A stretch of 64,000 nucleotides of DNA from Bacteroidales bacterium (GTDB lineage Bacteria; Bacteroidota; Bacteroidia; Bacteroidales; WCHB1-69), in assembly GCA_017443175.1 (NCBI GenBank), contig JAFSOZ010000012.1, positions 38,921 through 102,920 on the forward strand, written 5' to 3'. The position numbers and the translations under genes were made by a program. The notes under the pieces were generated by a model, which saw only the letters and a list, made by a program, of their open reading frames with translations, searched no databases and was not told the DNA's origin. Below are positions 1 through 9,313 of the stretch, in pieces. Within the stretch, counting starts at the first letter, position 1, and every line of letters begins with the position of its first letter.

Positions 1-373
1 CAGGTTCCTCTTCCATTTTCAGCTCCAACACCGGCTCCGGAGCAGGCTTCTCCACTACCACGGGCTCGGGCTTCGGAGCAGGAACTGGTTCCGGCTCGGG
101 TTGCGGTTCCTCCGCAACTTCGGGCGCACCGTAACTCTCGTGGTCCGTGTCGAAGAAAAGGTCCACATCCTCTTCAATGCCCGGATGAATGTCGTAATTT
201 TCCGGCCTTTCCGGCTCAATTTCGACTTCTTCAATGGACAATGCCTTCAGATACAACTGGCGGATTTTATCCAACAGAATATCCTTCTCAATCTTGGGGA
301 GATTACAATTCTCATCGCAGATAACCAAAAGATTATCAATTATTTCATTGATGTTTTTAAAAGAATTTTGCAT
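1..373 (-). CDS. hypothetical protein, N-terminal part (gene runs off the left edge)
   Basis: The reverse frame from the ATG at 373 stays open to position 1 (MQNSFKNINEIIDNLLVICDENCNLPKIEKDILLDKIRQLYL..., then a Pro/Glu-rich PEPEPVPAPKPEP linker). The listed + ORF 101..388 looks like its shadow. Confidence 0.5.
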   Translation of the reverse strand, partial: MQNSFKNINEIIDNLLVICDENCNLPKIEKDILLDKIRQLYLKALSIEEVEIEPERPENYDIHPGIEEDVDLFFDTDHESYGAPEVAEEPQPEPEPVPAPKPEPVVVEKPAPEPVLELKMEEEP

Positions 374-473
374 TTTACGAACAGTTAATGGTGTTTAGGT
401 GCGCAAATATTGTTAATTTTGCGGCTCAGAAAAAACGGCCAAAAATACAAAATTCTTTAATCGGCATACCAAA

Positions 474-1064
474 ATGTTTTTGGAAAATAAAGCAAGTAGA
501 AAGAACAAAAAAGGATGGATCGAGGTGATTTGCGGCTCCATGTTCTCAGGAAAGACGGAAGAGCTGCTGCGCCGGATACGCCGCGCGGAGTTTGCCCAAC
601 AGGAGATTGAGCTTTTCAAACCGGCCATTGACACGCGTTACGACGAGACGGACGTTGTGTCGCACAACGAGAACTCGCGCATCTCCACACCCGTGCACAA
701 CTCCTCCGAAATCCTGCTCTATGTGAACATGGAATCGGTGGAAGTGGTGGCCATAGATGAAATCCAGTTTTTCGACGACGGCATCGTGGATGTATGCAAC
801 ACGCTGGCCAATGCCGGCATCCGCGTGATTGTCAGCGGCCTGGACATGGACTACCTGGGCAATCCTTTCGGCCCGATGCCCAAGCTGATGGCTGTGGCGG
901 AATACGTGAGCAAACAACACGCCATCTGCACGCATTGCGGCGACTTGGCGCAATATTCGCACCGTATCGTGGCCACTGGCGGACAAGTGCTGCTCGGAGA
1001 GAAAGATTCCTACGAGCCGCTTTGCCGACACTGTTTCAACGAAGCGATGAAAGATTCGCAATAG
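474..1064 (+). CDS. tdk: thymidine kinase
   Basis: 196 aa. It has the P-loop GSMFSGKTEEL and a C-terminal zinc-ribbon cysteine pair (CTHCG...CRHC), both typical of thymidine kinase. Confidence 0.9.
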   Translation: MFLENKASRKNKKGWIEVICGSMFSGKTEELLRRIRRAEFAQQEIELFKPAIDTRYDETDVVSHNENSRISTPVHNSSEILLYVNMESVEVVAIDEIQFFDDGIVDVCNTLANAGIRVIVSGLDMDYLGNPFGPMPKLMAVAEYVSKQHAICTHCGDLAQYSHRIVATGGQVLLGEKDSYEPLCRHCFNEAMKDSQ

Positions 1065-1104
1065 CATGACATTTTTTCAATAAACTAATTAATAATAAGA
1101 TACG

Positions 1105-2112
1105 ATGAATTTAATTGACAAAATCAAAGCAAATGCCATCGAAGCCAACAAGAGAATCGTTTTGGCTGAAGGCGAAGAAGAAAGAACACTGAAAGCTGCT
1201 GACATCATCCTGGACAAAGGCTATGCCGGTATCGTTTTATTGGGTAACAAAGCCAAAATCGAGGCGCAGGCCGCTGAATGGGGCTTGAAGAACATCGGCA
1301 AAGCCGAGATCATCGACCCGATGGACAATCCCAAGAAAGAATATTATGCCGAAATGCTGTGCGAAATCCGCAAGAAAAAAGGCATGACCATTGAAGAAGC
1401 CCGCAAACTGGTGGAAGATCCTCTCTATCTGGCCACGCTGCTCATCAAGAACGGCGACGCTGACGGTGAGGTTACCGGTGCACAGCACGCCACTGGCGAT
1501 GTGTTGCGTCCCGCCTTCCAGATTGTGAAGACCCTGCCTGGCATCTCTGTGGTTTCCGGTGCTTTCATCATGTGCTTCCCCGACAAGAAGTGGGGCGATG
1601 ACGGCATCATGGTGTTCGCCGACTGCGCCGCCGACCCGAACACGGACGAGAACAAGCTGGCTCAGATTGCTGTGGTCACCGCTCAAACCGCCCGCACCAT
1701 CGCCGGCATCGAGCCGAGAGTGGCCATGCTGAGCTTCTCCACCAAGGGTTCCGCTAAACACGAGCTCGTGGATAAGGTGGTGAATGCTACCCGTATTGCC
1801 AAAGAGATGGATCCCAACTTGGTAATTGACGGTGATTTGCAGGCCGACGCCGCCATCATTCCGGAAGTGGCCGCCAAGAAAGCCCCGGGCAGCCCTGTGG
1901 CTGGCAAGGCCAACGTGCTGGTGTTCCCGTCTCTTGAAGTGGGCAACATCGCCTACAAACTCGTACAGCGTATGGCTGGCGCCGACGCCGTGGGTCCTGT
2001 GATGCAGGGTATGGCTGCTCCTATCAACGACCTCTCCCGCGGTTGTTCCGTGGAGGGCATCGTGAGCCTCGTGGCTATTACTGCCTGCCAAGCCGCCGGA
2101 AATAAATTCTAA
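1105..2112 (+). CDS. pta: phosphate acetyltransferase (short form)
   Basis: 335 aa. It shows end-to-end resemblance to PTA_PTB-fold Pta (RIVLAEGEEERTLKAA, SFSTKGSAKH, PINDLSRGCS). Confidence 0.9.
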   Translation: MNLIDKIKANAIEANKRIVLAEGEEERTLKAADIILDKGYAGIVLLGNKAKIEAQAAEWGLKNIGKAEIIDPMDNPKKEYYAEMLCEIRKKKGMTIEEARKLVEDPLYLATLLIKNGDADGEVTGAQHATGDVLRPAFQIVKTLPGISVVSGAFIMCFPDKKWGDDGIMVFADCAADPNTDENKLAQIAVVTAQTARTIAGIEPRVAMLSFSTKGSAKHELVDKVVNATRIAKEMDPNLVIDGDLQADAAIIPEVAAKKAPGSPVAGKANVLVFPSLEVGNIAYKLVQRMAGADAVGPVMQGMAAPINDLSRGCSVEGIVSLVAITACQAAGNKF

Positions 2113-2127
2113 TCAGAATTAAATTAA

Positions 2128-2166
2128 TTGTTGAGACGCACGGCCGTGCGTCTCAACAAATTTTTA
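2128..2166 (+). terminator. rho-independent terminator after pta
   Basis: A perfect hairpin TTGTTGAGACGCACGG/CCGTGCGTCTCAACAA is followed by TTTTT. Confidence 0.75.
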
Positions 2167-2171
2167 TTATC

Positions 2172-2759
2172 ATGAAAAAAATCGCAATCCTTTTGTTGGC
2201 CTTCATTCTCGCCTTTTCCGCAGAGGCACAGAACAGCAATGTGCCGCGGTCCTTGCGCAGCGGTGCCCGTGAGGCTGAAAAAGGCGGGCAAAACGACCAA
2301 AAAGTAACCTTTTTTGTAAGCGGCAACGTCAATAACAATTTCGGACCCCAGCTGGCACTGGATCTGGAAGGAGGTCTTTACGCCACCCCTTGGCTCCGCT
2401 TCGGTGCGGGTCCGCGCTACGAGATGACTTTCAACCAATTTGCCAACAAGGTGTCGCATGCTGCTGGAGCATCCGCATTTGCCGAGTTCATCATTGCCAA
2501 CTACATTATGGGGCACATAGGCTATGAATTTCTGAACTACCCCACATACGAGAAAGATGAATTTGACAATTTCATCCTCACCAAGCCCACCCGCAAAAAC
2601 ATTCACGCGTTGGCTTTGGGTGTAGGTTTTCAAACCCATGTCAGCGAAACGGTCAGAATACAGGCGCAATACATCATCTACCCTTTTCAGACCCAAAACG
2701 ACTATTACGTCAGATTCCTGCCTATGTTCGCCCGCATCGGCGTTTCCGTTGATTTATAA
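2172..2759 (+). CDS. small secreted protein, outer-membrane beta-barrel-like
   Basis: 195 aa with a signal peptide (MKKIAILLLAFILAFSAEA) and a G/Y/F-rich alternating strand pattern. The family was not recognised. Confidence 0.55.
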   Translation: MKKIAILLLAFILAFSAEAQNSNVPRSLRSGAREAEKGGQNDQKVTFFVSGNVNNNFGPQLALDLEGGLYATPWLRFGAGPRYEMTFNQFANKVSHAAGASAFAEFIIANYIMGHIGYEFLNYPTYEKDEFDNFILTKPTRKNIHALALGVGFQTHVSETVRIQAQYIIYPFQTQNDYYVRFLPMFARIGVSVDL

Positions 2760-2771
2760 TCCAGCCTTATC

Positions 2772-4001
2772 ATGTCACGATTCTCCTTTAATTTCTTGCT
2801 GTCCAGACGTGTGCTGAAAGACAAAGGAGATCGTTTTTCCCGTCCGATCGTCTATCTGTCGGTCGGAGGTGTTTCGTTGGGCATAGTGATCATGATGATA
2901 GCCATAGGCGTCACGGCGGGCTACAAGCAGGAGATCCGCAACAAAGTTATTGCGATGGGCTCGCACATCCGCATCACGCACTACGACCAGAACTACTCAT
3001 ACGAGCAGGTGCCCATCAACAAGGAGAGCGAGTGCATTCTGAACCTCAGCCAACACCCAGACGTGCTGCAAGTGCAGAATTATGCCACTAAAGTGGGCGT
3101 GATCAAAACCGACGACCAAGTGGAGGGTGTCGTGCTGAAGGGCGTGGATGAGACTTTTTCTTGGGATTTTTTCAAAAAGAATATCATTCAAGGAGATGGA
3201 TTCAGCACGGCTGACACCGCACCATCCAATAGTATCATCATCTCCAAGCGCATGTCCGACAAGTTGCAGCTGAAGATGGGCGACAAGGTACGCACCTATT
3301 TCGTACAGGACCCGCCGCGCCAGCGCAGTTTCACCATTTCCGGCATCTACGAGACAGGGCTGCCCGAATACGACAACATGTTCGCCCTGGTGGACCTGCG
3401 GCATGTGCAAAAGCTCAACGACTGGAACGACAGCCTCGTGAGCGGCGTGGAGGTGCTCACCCGCGACTACGACAAAATTGACGAAATCGGCGACTATATC
3501 CATCATCGTATTGATTATGACTTGAAGGCGGAGACCATCAAGCAAATTTATCCGGAAATATTCGAGTGGATTGCACTGTTTGACATGAACGTGGCCGTGT
3601 TGCTCATCATCACCACCTGTGTCTGTCTGGTGACCATGATGTCCATCTTCTTCATCATCGTGCTGGAGCAGACGCAGACCATCGGCATCCTGAAGACCAT
3701 GGGCATGCGCACGCGACAGGTAGTCGGCACGTTTGTGCTGGTGGCTGGCGACATTCTGCTGAAAGGTATGTTGATTGGAGATGCCATAGCCCTGCTATTA
3801 GGCTTCTTGCAACAGAAATTCCATCTCGTCAAACTGAACCCCGACACCTACTACGTGGAGTTTGTTCCCATCCACTTTAATTGGGTGCATGTTTTGCTGC
3901 TGAACGCCGGCGTTTTTGCGGTTTGCATGGCGGTTTTGCTGATTCCCGCCTGGGTAGTGAGCAAGAAAATCACCCCTGTGAACGCAGTGCAGTTTGAGTA
4001 A
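2772..4001 (+). CDS. FtsX-like ABC transporter permease (LolC/LolE-type)
   Basis: 409 aa. Architecture is an N-terminal TM helix, a large extracytoplasmic loop and a C-terminal FtsX three-helix bundle (ILKTMGMRTRQV). Confidence 0.8.
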   Translation: MSRFSFNFLLSRRVLKDKGDRFSRPIVYLSVGGVSLGIVIMMIAIGVTAGYKQEIRNKVIAMGSHIRITHYDQNYSYEQVPINKESECILNLSQHPDVLQVQNYATKVGVIKTDDQVEGVVLKGVDETFSWDFFKKNIIQGDGFSTADTAPSNSIIISKRMSDKLQLKMGDKVRTYFVQDPPRQRSFTISGIYETGLPEYDNMFALVDLRHVQKLNDWNDSLVSGVEVLTRDYDKIDEIGDYIHHRIDYDLKAETIKQIYPEIFEWIALFDMNVAVLLIITTCVCLVTMMSIFFIIVLEQTQTIGILKTMGMRTRQVVGTFVLVAGDILLKGMLIGDAIALLLGFLQQKFHLVKLNPDTYYVEFVPIHFNWVHVLLLNAGVFAVCMAVLLIPAWVVSKKITPVNAVQFE

Positions 4002-4019
4002 GTCGTGACCATGGAAACG

Positions 4020-4421
4020 TCACGCGCAAACGGATGCCGGAAATAGCTTGGCGCAGTGGTCAATTATAGCGTTGGCATTATCGAATCCCGCATTACAAAC
4101 TTTTCTATCCACATTGCCGTCGTAACCCATAGACAGGTGCATGGTGTTGTAGCCGGCCACAATGGCTGCCAGTAGTTTTCGGTCGCGTTTGCCAGCGGCT
4201 TCCTTATATTTTTCAATGGAGGGACGACCTTTGCCGTTGCGCACAGCAAGCACAGCATCTAACGCAATAAGACAACCGTTCCACAGCGTGTTTCCCGCCA
4301 TTTTGACGTATTTTCCATCCGTGTAAAACTTCAGGTCGGAATCATAGTTAGCTTTTTGGATGACCTCTTGGGCGTTGGCCACATATCTTCTGGCCTCTTC
4401 AATGGGATTTTGATTTTTCAT
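4020..4421 (-). CDS. hypothetical helical protein (possibly DUF5618-like)
   Basis: 133 aa ORF with its own TAnnTTTG promoter. The family name is from memory only. Confidence 0.5.
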   Translation of the reverse strand: MKNQNPIEEARRYVANAQEVIQKANYDSDLKFYTDGKYVKMAGNTLWNGCLIALDAVLAVRNGKGRPSIEKYKEAAGKRDRKLLAAIVAGYNTMHLSMGYDGNVDRKVCNAGFDNANAIIDHCAKLFPASVCA

Positions 4422-4436
4422 AGTTTTGAATTAAAA

Positions 4437-4481
4437 GTTGAGAGTTTAGAGTTGAGGGGTTAGAGATTTAGGGGTTGGGTT
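4437..4481. repeat. 7-nt period array (GTTGAGA/GTTTAGA/GTTGAGG...)
   Basis: About 6 tandem heptamers lie between the minus-strand promoter box and the ATG at 4421. On the sense strand they read AACTCTA/AACTCTC/AACCCCT. Confidence 0.6.
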
Positions 4482-4495
4482 ATATGTTGTGGTTG

Positions 4496-4503
4496 CAAAG
4501 ATA
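4496..4503 (-). promoter_or_regulatory. Bacteroidota -7 promoter box (TATCTTTG)
   Basis: The reverse complement of CAAAGATA matches TAnnTTTG, about 75 nt upstream of the 4421 start. Confidence 0.5.
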
Positions 4504-4644
4504 CGAAGGATATTTGTTTTATCGGCCGTTTTTTTCAAATAATTTTATTGTTGAAAATGAAGGTGTTAGTAAAATTCAGATGTGTAAATTTTACAACAAT
4601 TTGTTAGTTGTATTTTTGGTTTTCGCAAAAAATTAGATTTAAGA

Positions 4645-4749
4645 GGCAGGCCGTAGGTCTGCCGAGCTTGGTAGGGGAGGTGTCGCGTTGGATATTGTTC
4701 GCGGCGCGGGTGTCGCGTGCGCTGAAAAATTGTGCCCGCCGCCGCGAAA
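4645..4749. repeat. GC-rich structured intergenic element, copy 1
   Basis: It contains the hairpin GGCAGGCC-GTA-GGTCTGCC, then GAGCTTGGTAG, then the long stem TTCGCGGCGCGGG...CCCGCCGCCGCGAA. It shares these blocks with 28464..28698. Confidence 0.6.
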
Positions 4750-4827
4750 TTCAATCACAGGAAGATGGCAGCGTGAAATGTTGAAAGAAAATAAGTTGAC
4801 CTATGTCCGAGCAAAAGAAAAAAAGTG

Positions 4828-4835
4828 TACTTTTG
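4828..4835 (+). promoter_or_regulatory. Bacteroidota -7 promoter box (TACTTTTG) for the rpsF operon
   Basis: TAnnTTTG match about 50 nt upstream of the rpsF ATG. Confidence 0.5.
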
Positions 4836-4885
4836 CCGCCCAATTTAAAAACACACTTTTTTAACAAACAAACAATTAAAAAATT

Positions 4886-5317
4886 ATGGCAAATCAGTAC
4901 GAAACCGTTTTCATTATGACGCCCGTTTTGTCTGAAGAACAGATGAAGGAAACGGTTCAAAAATTCGAGAAGATCCTCACCGACAAAGGCGCTGAGATCG
5001 TGCATCAAGAGAACTGGGGCCTCCGCAAACTGGAGTATCCCATCCAAAAGAAGTCTTCCGGCTTCTATCATTTAATTGAATTCAAAGCAGAAGGTGAAGT
5101 AGTGGAAGCTTTGGAACTGCAATACCGTCGTGACGAGCGCATCATGCGCTTCCTCACCGTGAGCATGGACAAATACGCCATCGCATACGCCGAGAAGAGA
5201 CGTGCCAACCGCAAGGAAAAAGCCGCTGAGAAGGTTGAAGTGAAGGAAGAGGCTCCCGTCGTTGAGCAACCTCAGGAAGTTAACAATGAGTCTAATCAAA
5301 CCGAACAAGCACAATAA
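4886..5317 (+). CDS. rpsF: 30S ribosomal protein S6 (acidic C-terminal extension)
   Basis: [19 protein letters not shown]... is a classic S6 N-terminus, and the gene is followed by S18 and L9. Confidence 0.92.
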   Translation: MANQYETVFIMTPVLSEEQMKETVQKFEKILTDKGAEIVHQENWGLRKLEYPIQKKSSGFYHLIEFKAEGEVVEALELQYRRDERIMRFLTVSMDKYAIAYAEKRRANRKEKAAEKVEVKEEAPVVEQPQEVNNESNQTEQAQ

Positions 5318-5319
5318 TT

Positions 5320-5592
5320 ATGGCACAACAATCCGACATCAAATACATTGCTCCCGTAGCAGTTGACATCAAGAAGAAAAAATACTGCCGTTTCAAAAAG
5401 AGCGGTATCAAATACATCGATTACAAAGATGGTGAGTTTTTGAAGAAATTCGTGAACGAGCAGGGTAAGATTCTGCCTCGCCGTCTCACCGGTACTTCTT
5501 TGAAATATCAGAAGAAAGTGGCCCAGGCTGTCAAGAGAGCCCGTCATCTGGCCCTGCTTCCGTTCGTAACCGATAATTTAAAATCTAACTAA
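5320..5592 (+). CDS. rpsR: 30S ribosomal protein S18
   Basis: 90 aa with KKYCRFKK...IDYKD...LPRRLTGT...Q..V..A.KRAR.LALLPF. Confidence 0.92.
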   Translation: MAQQSDIKYIAPVAVDIKKKKYCRFKKSGIKYIDYKDGEFLKKFVNEQGKILPRRLTGTSLKYQKKVAQAVKRARHLALLPFVTDNLKSN

Positions 5593-5606
5593 AAGGAGGA
5601 ATTGAC

Positions 5607-6068
5607 ATGGAAATTATTTTGAAACAAGACGTACAGAATTTAGGCTATGCCGATGACCTCGTGAAGGTTAAAGACGGTTACGCCCGCAACTACCTCATCC
5701 CTCAGGGATTGGCAGAACTTGCAACACCTGCAAAGAAGAAAATGCTGGCAGAAACGCTGAAACAACGCGCTTTCAAAGCTGAAAAAATCAGAAAAGAAGC
5801 TGAATTCATGGCTGGTAAGATCGAAGGTCTCGAAGTTACCATCCCGACCAAGGCTTCCGAGAAAGGCACCATCTTCGGTTCCGTTACCTCTATCGCCGTG
5901 GCTAACGCTCTGAAAGAGCAACACGACATCGACATTGACCGTCGCAAGATCGTCATGCACGAAGACCACATCAAAGAACTTGGCGACTACACCGCACTTG
6001 TCAACCTGCACAAGGATTTCAACAAGGTAAGCCTCAAGCTTCACGTGGTTGCTGAAACCGAAGAGTAA
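5607..6068 (+). CDS. rplI: 50S ribosomal protein L9
   Basis: MEIILKQDVQNLGYADDLVKVKDGYARNYLIPQGLA is the conserved L9 N-domain. Confidence 0.92.
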   Translation: MEIILKQDVQNLGYADDLVKVKDGYARNYLIPQGLAELATPAKKKMLAETLKQRAFKAEKIRKEAEFMAGKIEGLEVTIPTKASEKGTIFGSVTSIAVANALKEQHDIDIDRRKIVMHEDHIKELGDYTALVNLHKDFNKVSLKLHVVAETEE

Positions 6069-6090
6069 TCAATATTGCTCTTACTCAAAC

Positions 6091-6126
6091 AAAAAACTCT
6101 CCCCGAATACGAGGAGAGTTTTTTTA
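6091..6126. terminator. bidirectional terminator between rplI and pyrG
   Basis: AAAAAACTCTCC-loop-GGAGAGTTTTTTT. Confidence 0.7.
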
Positions 6127-6155
6127 TGGTTGAATTTCAATATGGAGCTGTGTTA

Positions 6156-7766
6156 TCAAATACAGGCTTTTACAAAATCGATAAACAACGGGTGCGGATG
6201 CAGCACGGTGGATGAGTATTCCGGATGGAACTGCGTGCCGATATACCATCGTAACGATGGAATCTCCACAATCTCTACTAAGTTGGCAGCAGGGTTCACG
6301 CCCACGCACTTCATGCCGCTTTGCTCAAACTCCTTTTGATAGCGGTTGTTGAATTCATAGCGATGGCGGTGGCGTTCGCGGATGATGGTCATTTTGCCAT
6401 ACGCCTCCCACGTGCGACTGCCGCTCACCAGCTCGCAATCGTATGCTCCCAATCGCATCGTACCTCCCATCTGCGTGATATTCTTTTGCTCCTCCATCAT
6501 ATCAATGACATTATGCGGGGTGCGTGTGTCCATCTCGCTGCTGTTGGCATCGGCGTAGCCTAACACGTTGCGTGCAAACTCGATGACCATCATCTGCATG
6601 CCGAGGCAGATGCCAAAGGTGGAGATATTGTGCGAACGGGTATATTCAGCGGCGAGGATTTTGCCCTCGATGCCGCGCTGGCCGAAGCCTGGACAGATGA
6701 CGATGCCCGCCATGCCCGCCAGCATTTTCGCCACATTTTCGCGAGTGATGAACTCGCTGTTGATAAAGGTGGTTTTCACCTTGCGGTTGTTGTAGGTGCC
6801 GGCGTGCGCGAGACTTTCGAGAATGCTCTTATAGGCATCTTGCAAGTCGTATTTACCTACCAATCCGATATTTACAATTTCGGTTGCCTTTTCCCTTTTT
6901 TCCAAAAACTGGTGCCACGGAGCCATCTTCTCCTCTTGCACGGCATGTGTGCTTTCAGGCTCCAACCCCATCTTTTTCAAGCAGATGGCATCTAGACCCT
7001 GGCGCTGCATGTTGATGGGGACCTCGTAGATGCTGGGCAGGTCCTGGCTCTGAATCACGGCATCCACATCCACGTTGCAGAAGTGTGCCACCTTGCGCCG
7101 GAGGTCGTCGTTGAGCGTATGCTCGGTGCGCAGCACGAGCACTTCGGGCTGGATACCTTGGCCTTGCAGTTGCTTCACGCTCGTTTGGGTGGGCTTGGTT
7201 TTCAGCTCGCCCGCAGCAGCCAGGTAGGGCACGTAAGTGAGGTGTACATTCAGCGATTGTGTCGGCCCCAGTTCCCAGCGTAGTTGACGGATAGCTTCCA
7301 AAAACGGCTGGCTTTCAATGTCGCCGATGGTGCCGCCGATCTCCGTGATGACGAAGTCGAAGGCCTCCTTGGTGGCGTTGAGCTGAATACGGCGTTTGAT
7401 CTCATCGGTGATGTGCGGTACCACTTGTATGGTTTTGCCGAGGTAGTCGCCGCGCCGCTCGCGCTCGATGACACTCTGGTAGATGCGCCCTGTGGTCACG
7501 CTGTTGTCGCGGGTGGTCTCAATGCCGGTGAAACGCTCATAGTGGCCGAGGTCGAGGTCTGTTTCCTGGCCGTCGGCAGTCACGTAGCACTCTCCGTGCT
7601 CGTAGGGATTGAGGGTGCCCGGATCGATGTTGATATACGGGTCGAATTTCTGGATGGTGATTTTGTAGCCCCTTGCCTGAAGCAACTTTCCGAGGGAGGC
7701 GGAGATGATGCCCTTGCCCAATGAGGAGGCCACACCGCCGGTGATGAAGATGTATCTGGTTCCCAT
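6156..7766 (-). CDS. pyrG: CTP synthase
   Basis: 536 aa with YIFITGGVASSLGKGI at the N-terminus and a C-terminal glutamine amidotransferase domain (GICLGMQ). Confidence 0.95.
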   Translation of the reverse strand: MGTRYIFITGGVASSLGKGIISASLGKLLQARGYKITIQKFDPYINIDPGTLNPYEHGECYVTADGQETDLDLGHYERFTGIETTRDNSVTTGRIYQSVIERERRGDYLGKTIQVVPHITDEIKRRIQLNATKEAFDFVITEIGGTIGDIESQPFLEAIRQLRWELGPTQSLNVHLTYVPYLAAAGELKTKPTQTSVKQLQGQGIQPEVLVLRTEHTLNDDLRRKVAHFCNVDVDAVIQSQDLPSIYEVPINMQRQGLDAICLKKMGLEPESTHAVQEEKMAPWHQFLEKREKATEIVNIGLVGKYDLQDAYKSILESLAHAGTYNNRKVKTTFINSEFITRENVAKMLAGMAGIVICPGFGQRGIEGKILAAEYTRSHNISTFGICLGMQMMVIEFARNVLGYADANSSEMDTRTPHNVIDMMEEQKNITQMGGTMRLGAYDCELVSGSRTWEAYGKMTIIRERHRHRYEFNNRYQKEFEQSGMKCVGVNPAANLVEIVEIPSLRWYIGTQFHPEYSSTVLHPHPLFIDFVKACI

Positions 7767-7898
7767 ATTTTTAAAAAAAGTGCAAAAATAATTTTTTTCA
7801 GGGAAAAACTGTTTCCGGAATGGAAAAAAGGTTCACCCTCTTGTTCTCTGCGATATTCACTGGTTTAACAAGGGTTGTATGTAATTCGACAGTGAAAA

Positions 7899-7938
7899 GA
7901 CAAACAAACCCCGCCCTGGTTTGCTCAGGAGCGGGGTC
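7899..7938 (-). terminator. terminator after the T9SS-cargo gene
   Basis: On the minus strand, GACCCCGC-loop-GCGGGGT is followed by UUGUUUGU. Confidence 0.6.
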
Positions 7939-7970
7939 TTCAAATAATGAGTGGTAAAAAATAGGGGGGA

Positions 7971-9167
7971 TTATCTCTTTACAATCTTGGCGGTTTTGTT
8001 TCCACTCTTGACGAAATAGATGCCGGAAGGCAGATTGTTCACGTCCAACGTGGTAACCTCATCCATGGCTACGGTGCTCATAACCACCGCACCTTGCAGG
8101 TTGTACATCACCACATCGTCATTGATGTTGGTCTGGATGCGGATGCTCTCGGTGCAAGGATTCGGATAGACAGAGAGTTTTTGGCTGTTATATTCATTCA
8201 CAGACACCGGGGAGGGAACAGGGATAACAAGATTCGTCCACACGTATGCATAATCCCAATAGTCGCCCCAAGCGGGATCTTCAATCCATCTGCATTCACC
8301 TAATGAAGCACTCATGTAGCCACCGAATTTCACATAGTCGCCGGCATGGACGGCTTGTGCGTCAGCAGCATCAGCAAAGCTGCCATTGACGTTGTACACC
8401 ACATAATCCGGAGAAATCGTAAGCGTATCGGTACCATTGAAATATTTCAAATCGCTCAGCCAGCTTGTTGTGCCTGCATAGCTGAAGCGCGGATCGGCAG
8501 TGGCAATGTCGTCCAATATAGTGGAAACCAGCACTGACTCGCCGTCAAAGCGGTAACCCCATGCCAAGGCGGAGGAGAAATTATCCCAATCCACGATGAA
8601 GCGGACCTCATTGCTGCCAGTGCCCACCCAATATTGGATTTCAGAAGCACTGATGGTGGCATCTGCTACGGGCACGCCAGGAATCTCAACGGGCTCAATG
8701 GGTGTGGACCAAGTGCTTGTCCAGTTCTCATCCATGTCGGCACAATCCCAGCCACCGAATTTGAGGTAATCATTCGGATAGAAATACTCCAAATCGACGG
8801 TGTTGGCATAACCTCCGTTACGGTTGTAAACAACATAATCGCCAGTGGCTATTTTGAAAGTGTCCGATCCGTCAATATAGATAAGATTTGTAAGCCAACT
8901 GGATGTGCCTTGAGTACTGAAACGAGGATCAGCTGTAGTGATGGCGGTCAGCATGTCAGACACGAGCAGGGAGTCTTCGCTGAATTTGAAACCCCAAGCC
9001 AGTGCGGTGTCAGGTTCGCACCAGTTCACGATGAAAATGGCCTGATTATTGCCCGTACCAACCCAATATTTCACTCGGTTAGCGTTGATAGTGGCGTCTT
9101 GAGCTTGAGCAAAGCTCATAAATGTGCAAAGAATTGCGGCAAATAATAAAAGTTTTTTCATAAGCAT
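7971..9167 (-). CDS. secreted tandem two-domain protein with a T9SS C-terminal sorting domain
   Basis: 398 aa. It has a signal peptide (MLMKKLLLFAAILCTFMSFAQA) and two homologous ~150-aa repeats (YWVGTG...ALAWG..F...ADPRF...VVYN.NG...GDY.KFGG). The C-terminal KLSVYPNPCTESIRIQ...LPSGIYFVK is a Por/T9SS tail. Confidence 0.85.
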   Translation of the reverse strand: MLMKKLLLFAAILCTFMSFAQAQDATINANRVKYWVGTGNNQAIFIVNWCEPDTALAWGFKFSEDSLLVSDMLTAITTADPRFSTQGTSSWLTNLIYIDGSDTFKIATGDYVVYNRNGGYANTVDLEYFYPNDYLKFGGWDCADMDENWTSTWSTPIEPVEIPGVPVADATISASEIQYWVGTGSNEVRFIVDWDNFSSALAWGYRFDGESVLVSTILDDIATADPRFSYAGTTSWLSDLKYFNGTDTLTISPDYVVYNVNGSFADAADAQAVHAGDYVKFGGYMSASLGECRWIEDPAWGDYWDYAYVWTNLVIPVPSPVSVNEYNSQKLSVYPNPCTESIRIQTNINDDVVMYNLQGAVVMSTVAMDEVTTLDVNNLPSGIYFVKSGNKTAKIVKR

Positions 9168-9202
9168 TATTTATTTGTTGTTATTATTGTTGATATATGT
9201 CG

Positions 9203-9231
9203 TAAAACAAAAAAGCCCGTCGCTTACGGCT
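9203..9231 (-). terminator. riboswitch expression-platform terminator
   Basis: On the minus strand, AGCCGU-AAGCG-AC(G)GGCU is followed by UUUUUUGUUUU, about 35 nt upstream of the ATG at 9167. Confidence 0.65.
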
Positions 9232-9313
9232 CCGGGACAACAACTTAAAAACAACCATGGAAAAAATCCACTTGTCCGTAGAAGCCTATCTCCCGAAGCT
9301 TTCAACGTTTTTT

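Noticed and set aside
101-388. 95-aa + strand ORF at the left edge.
   Set aside because: The opposite strand carries a longer open frame with a sensible start at 373 and a Pro/Glu linker running off the window. The + ORF is its shadow.
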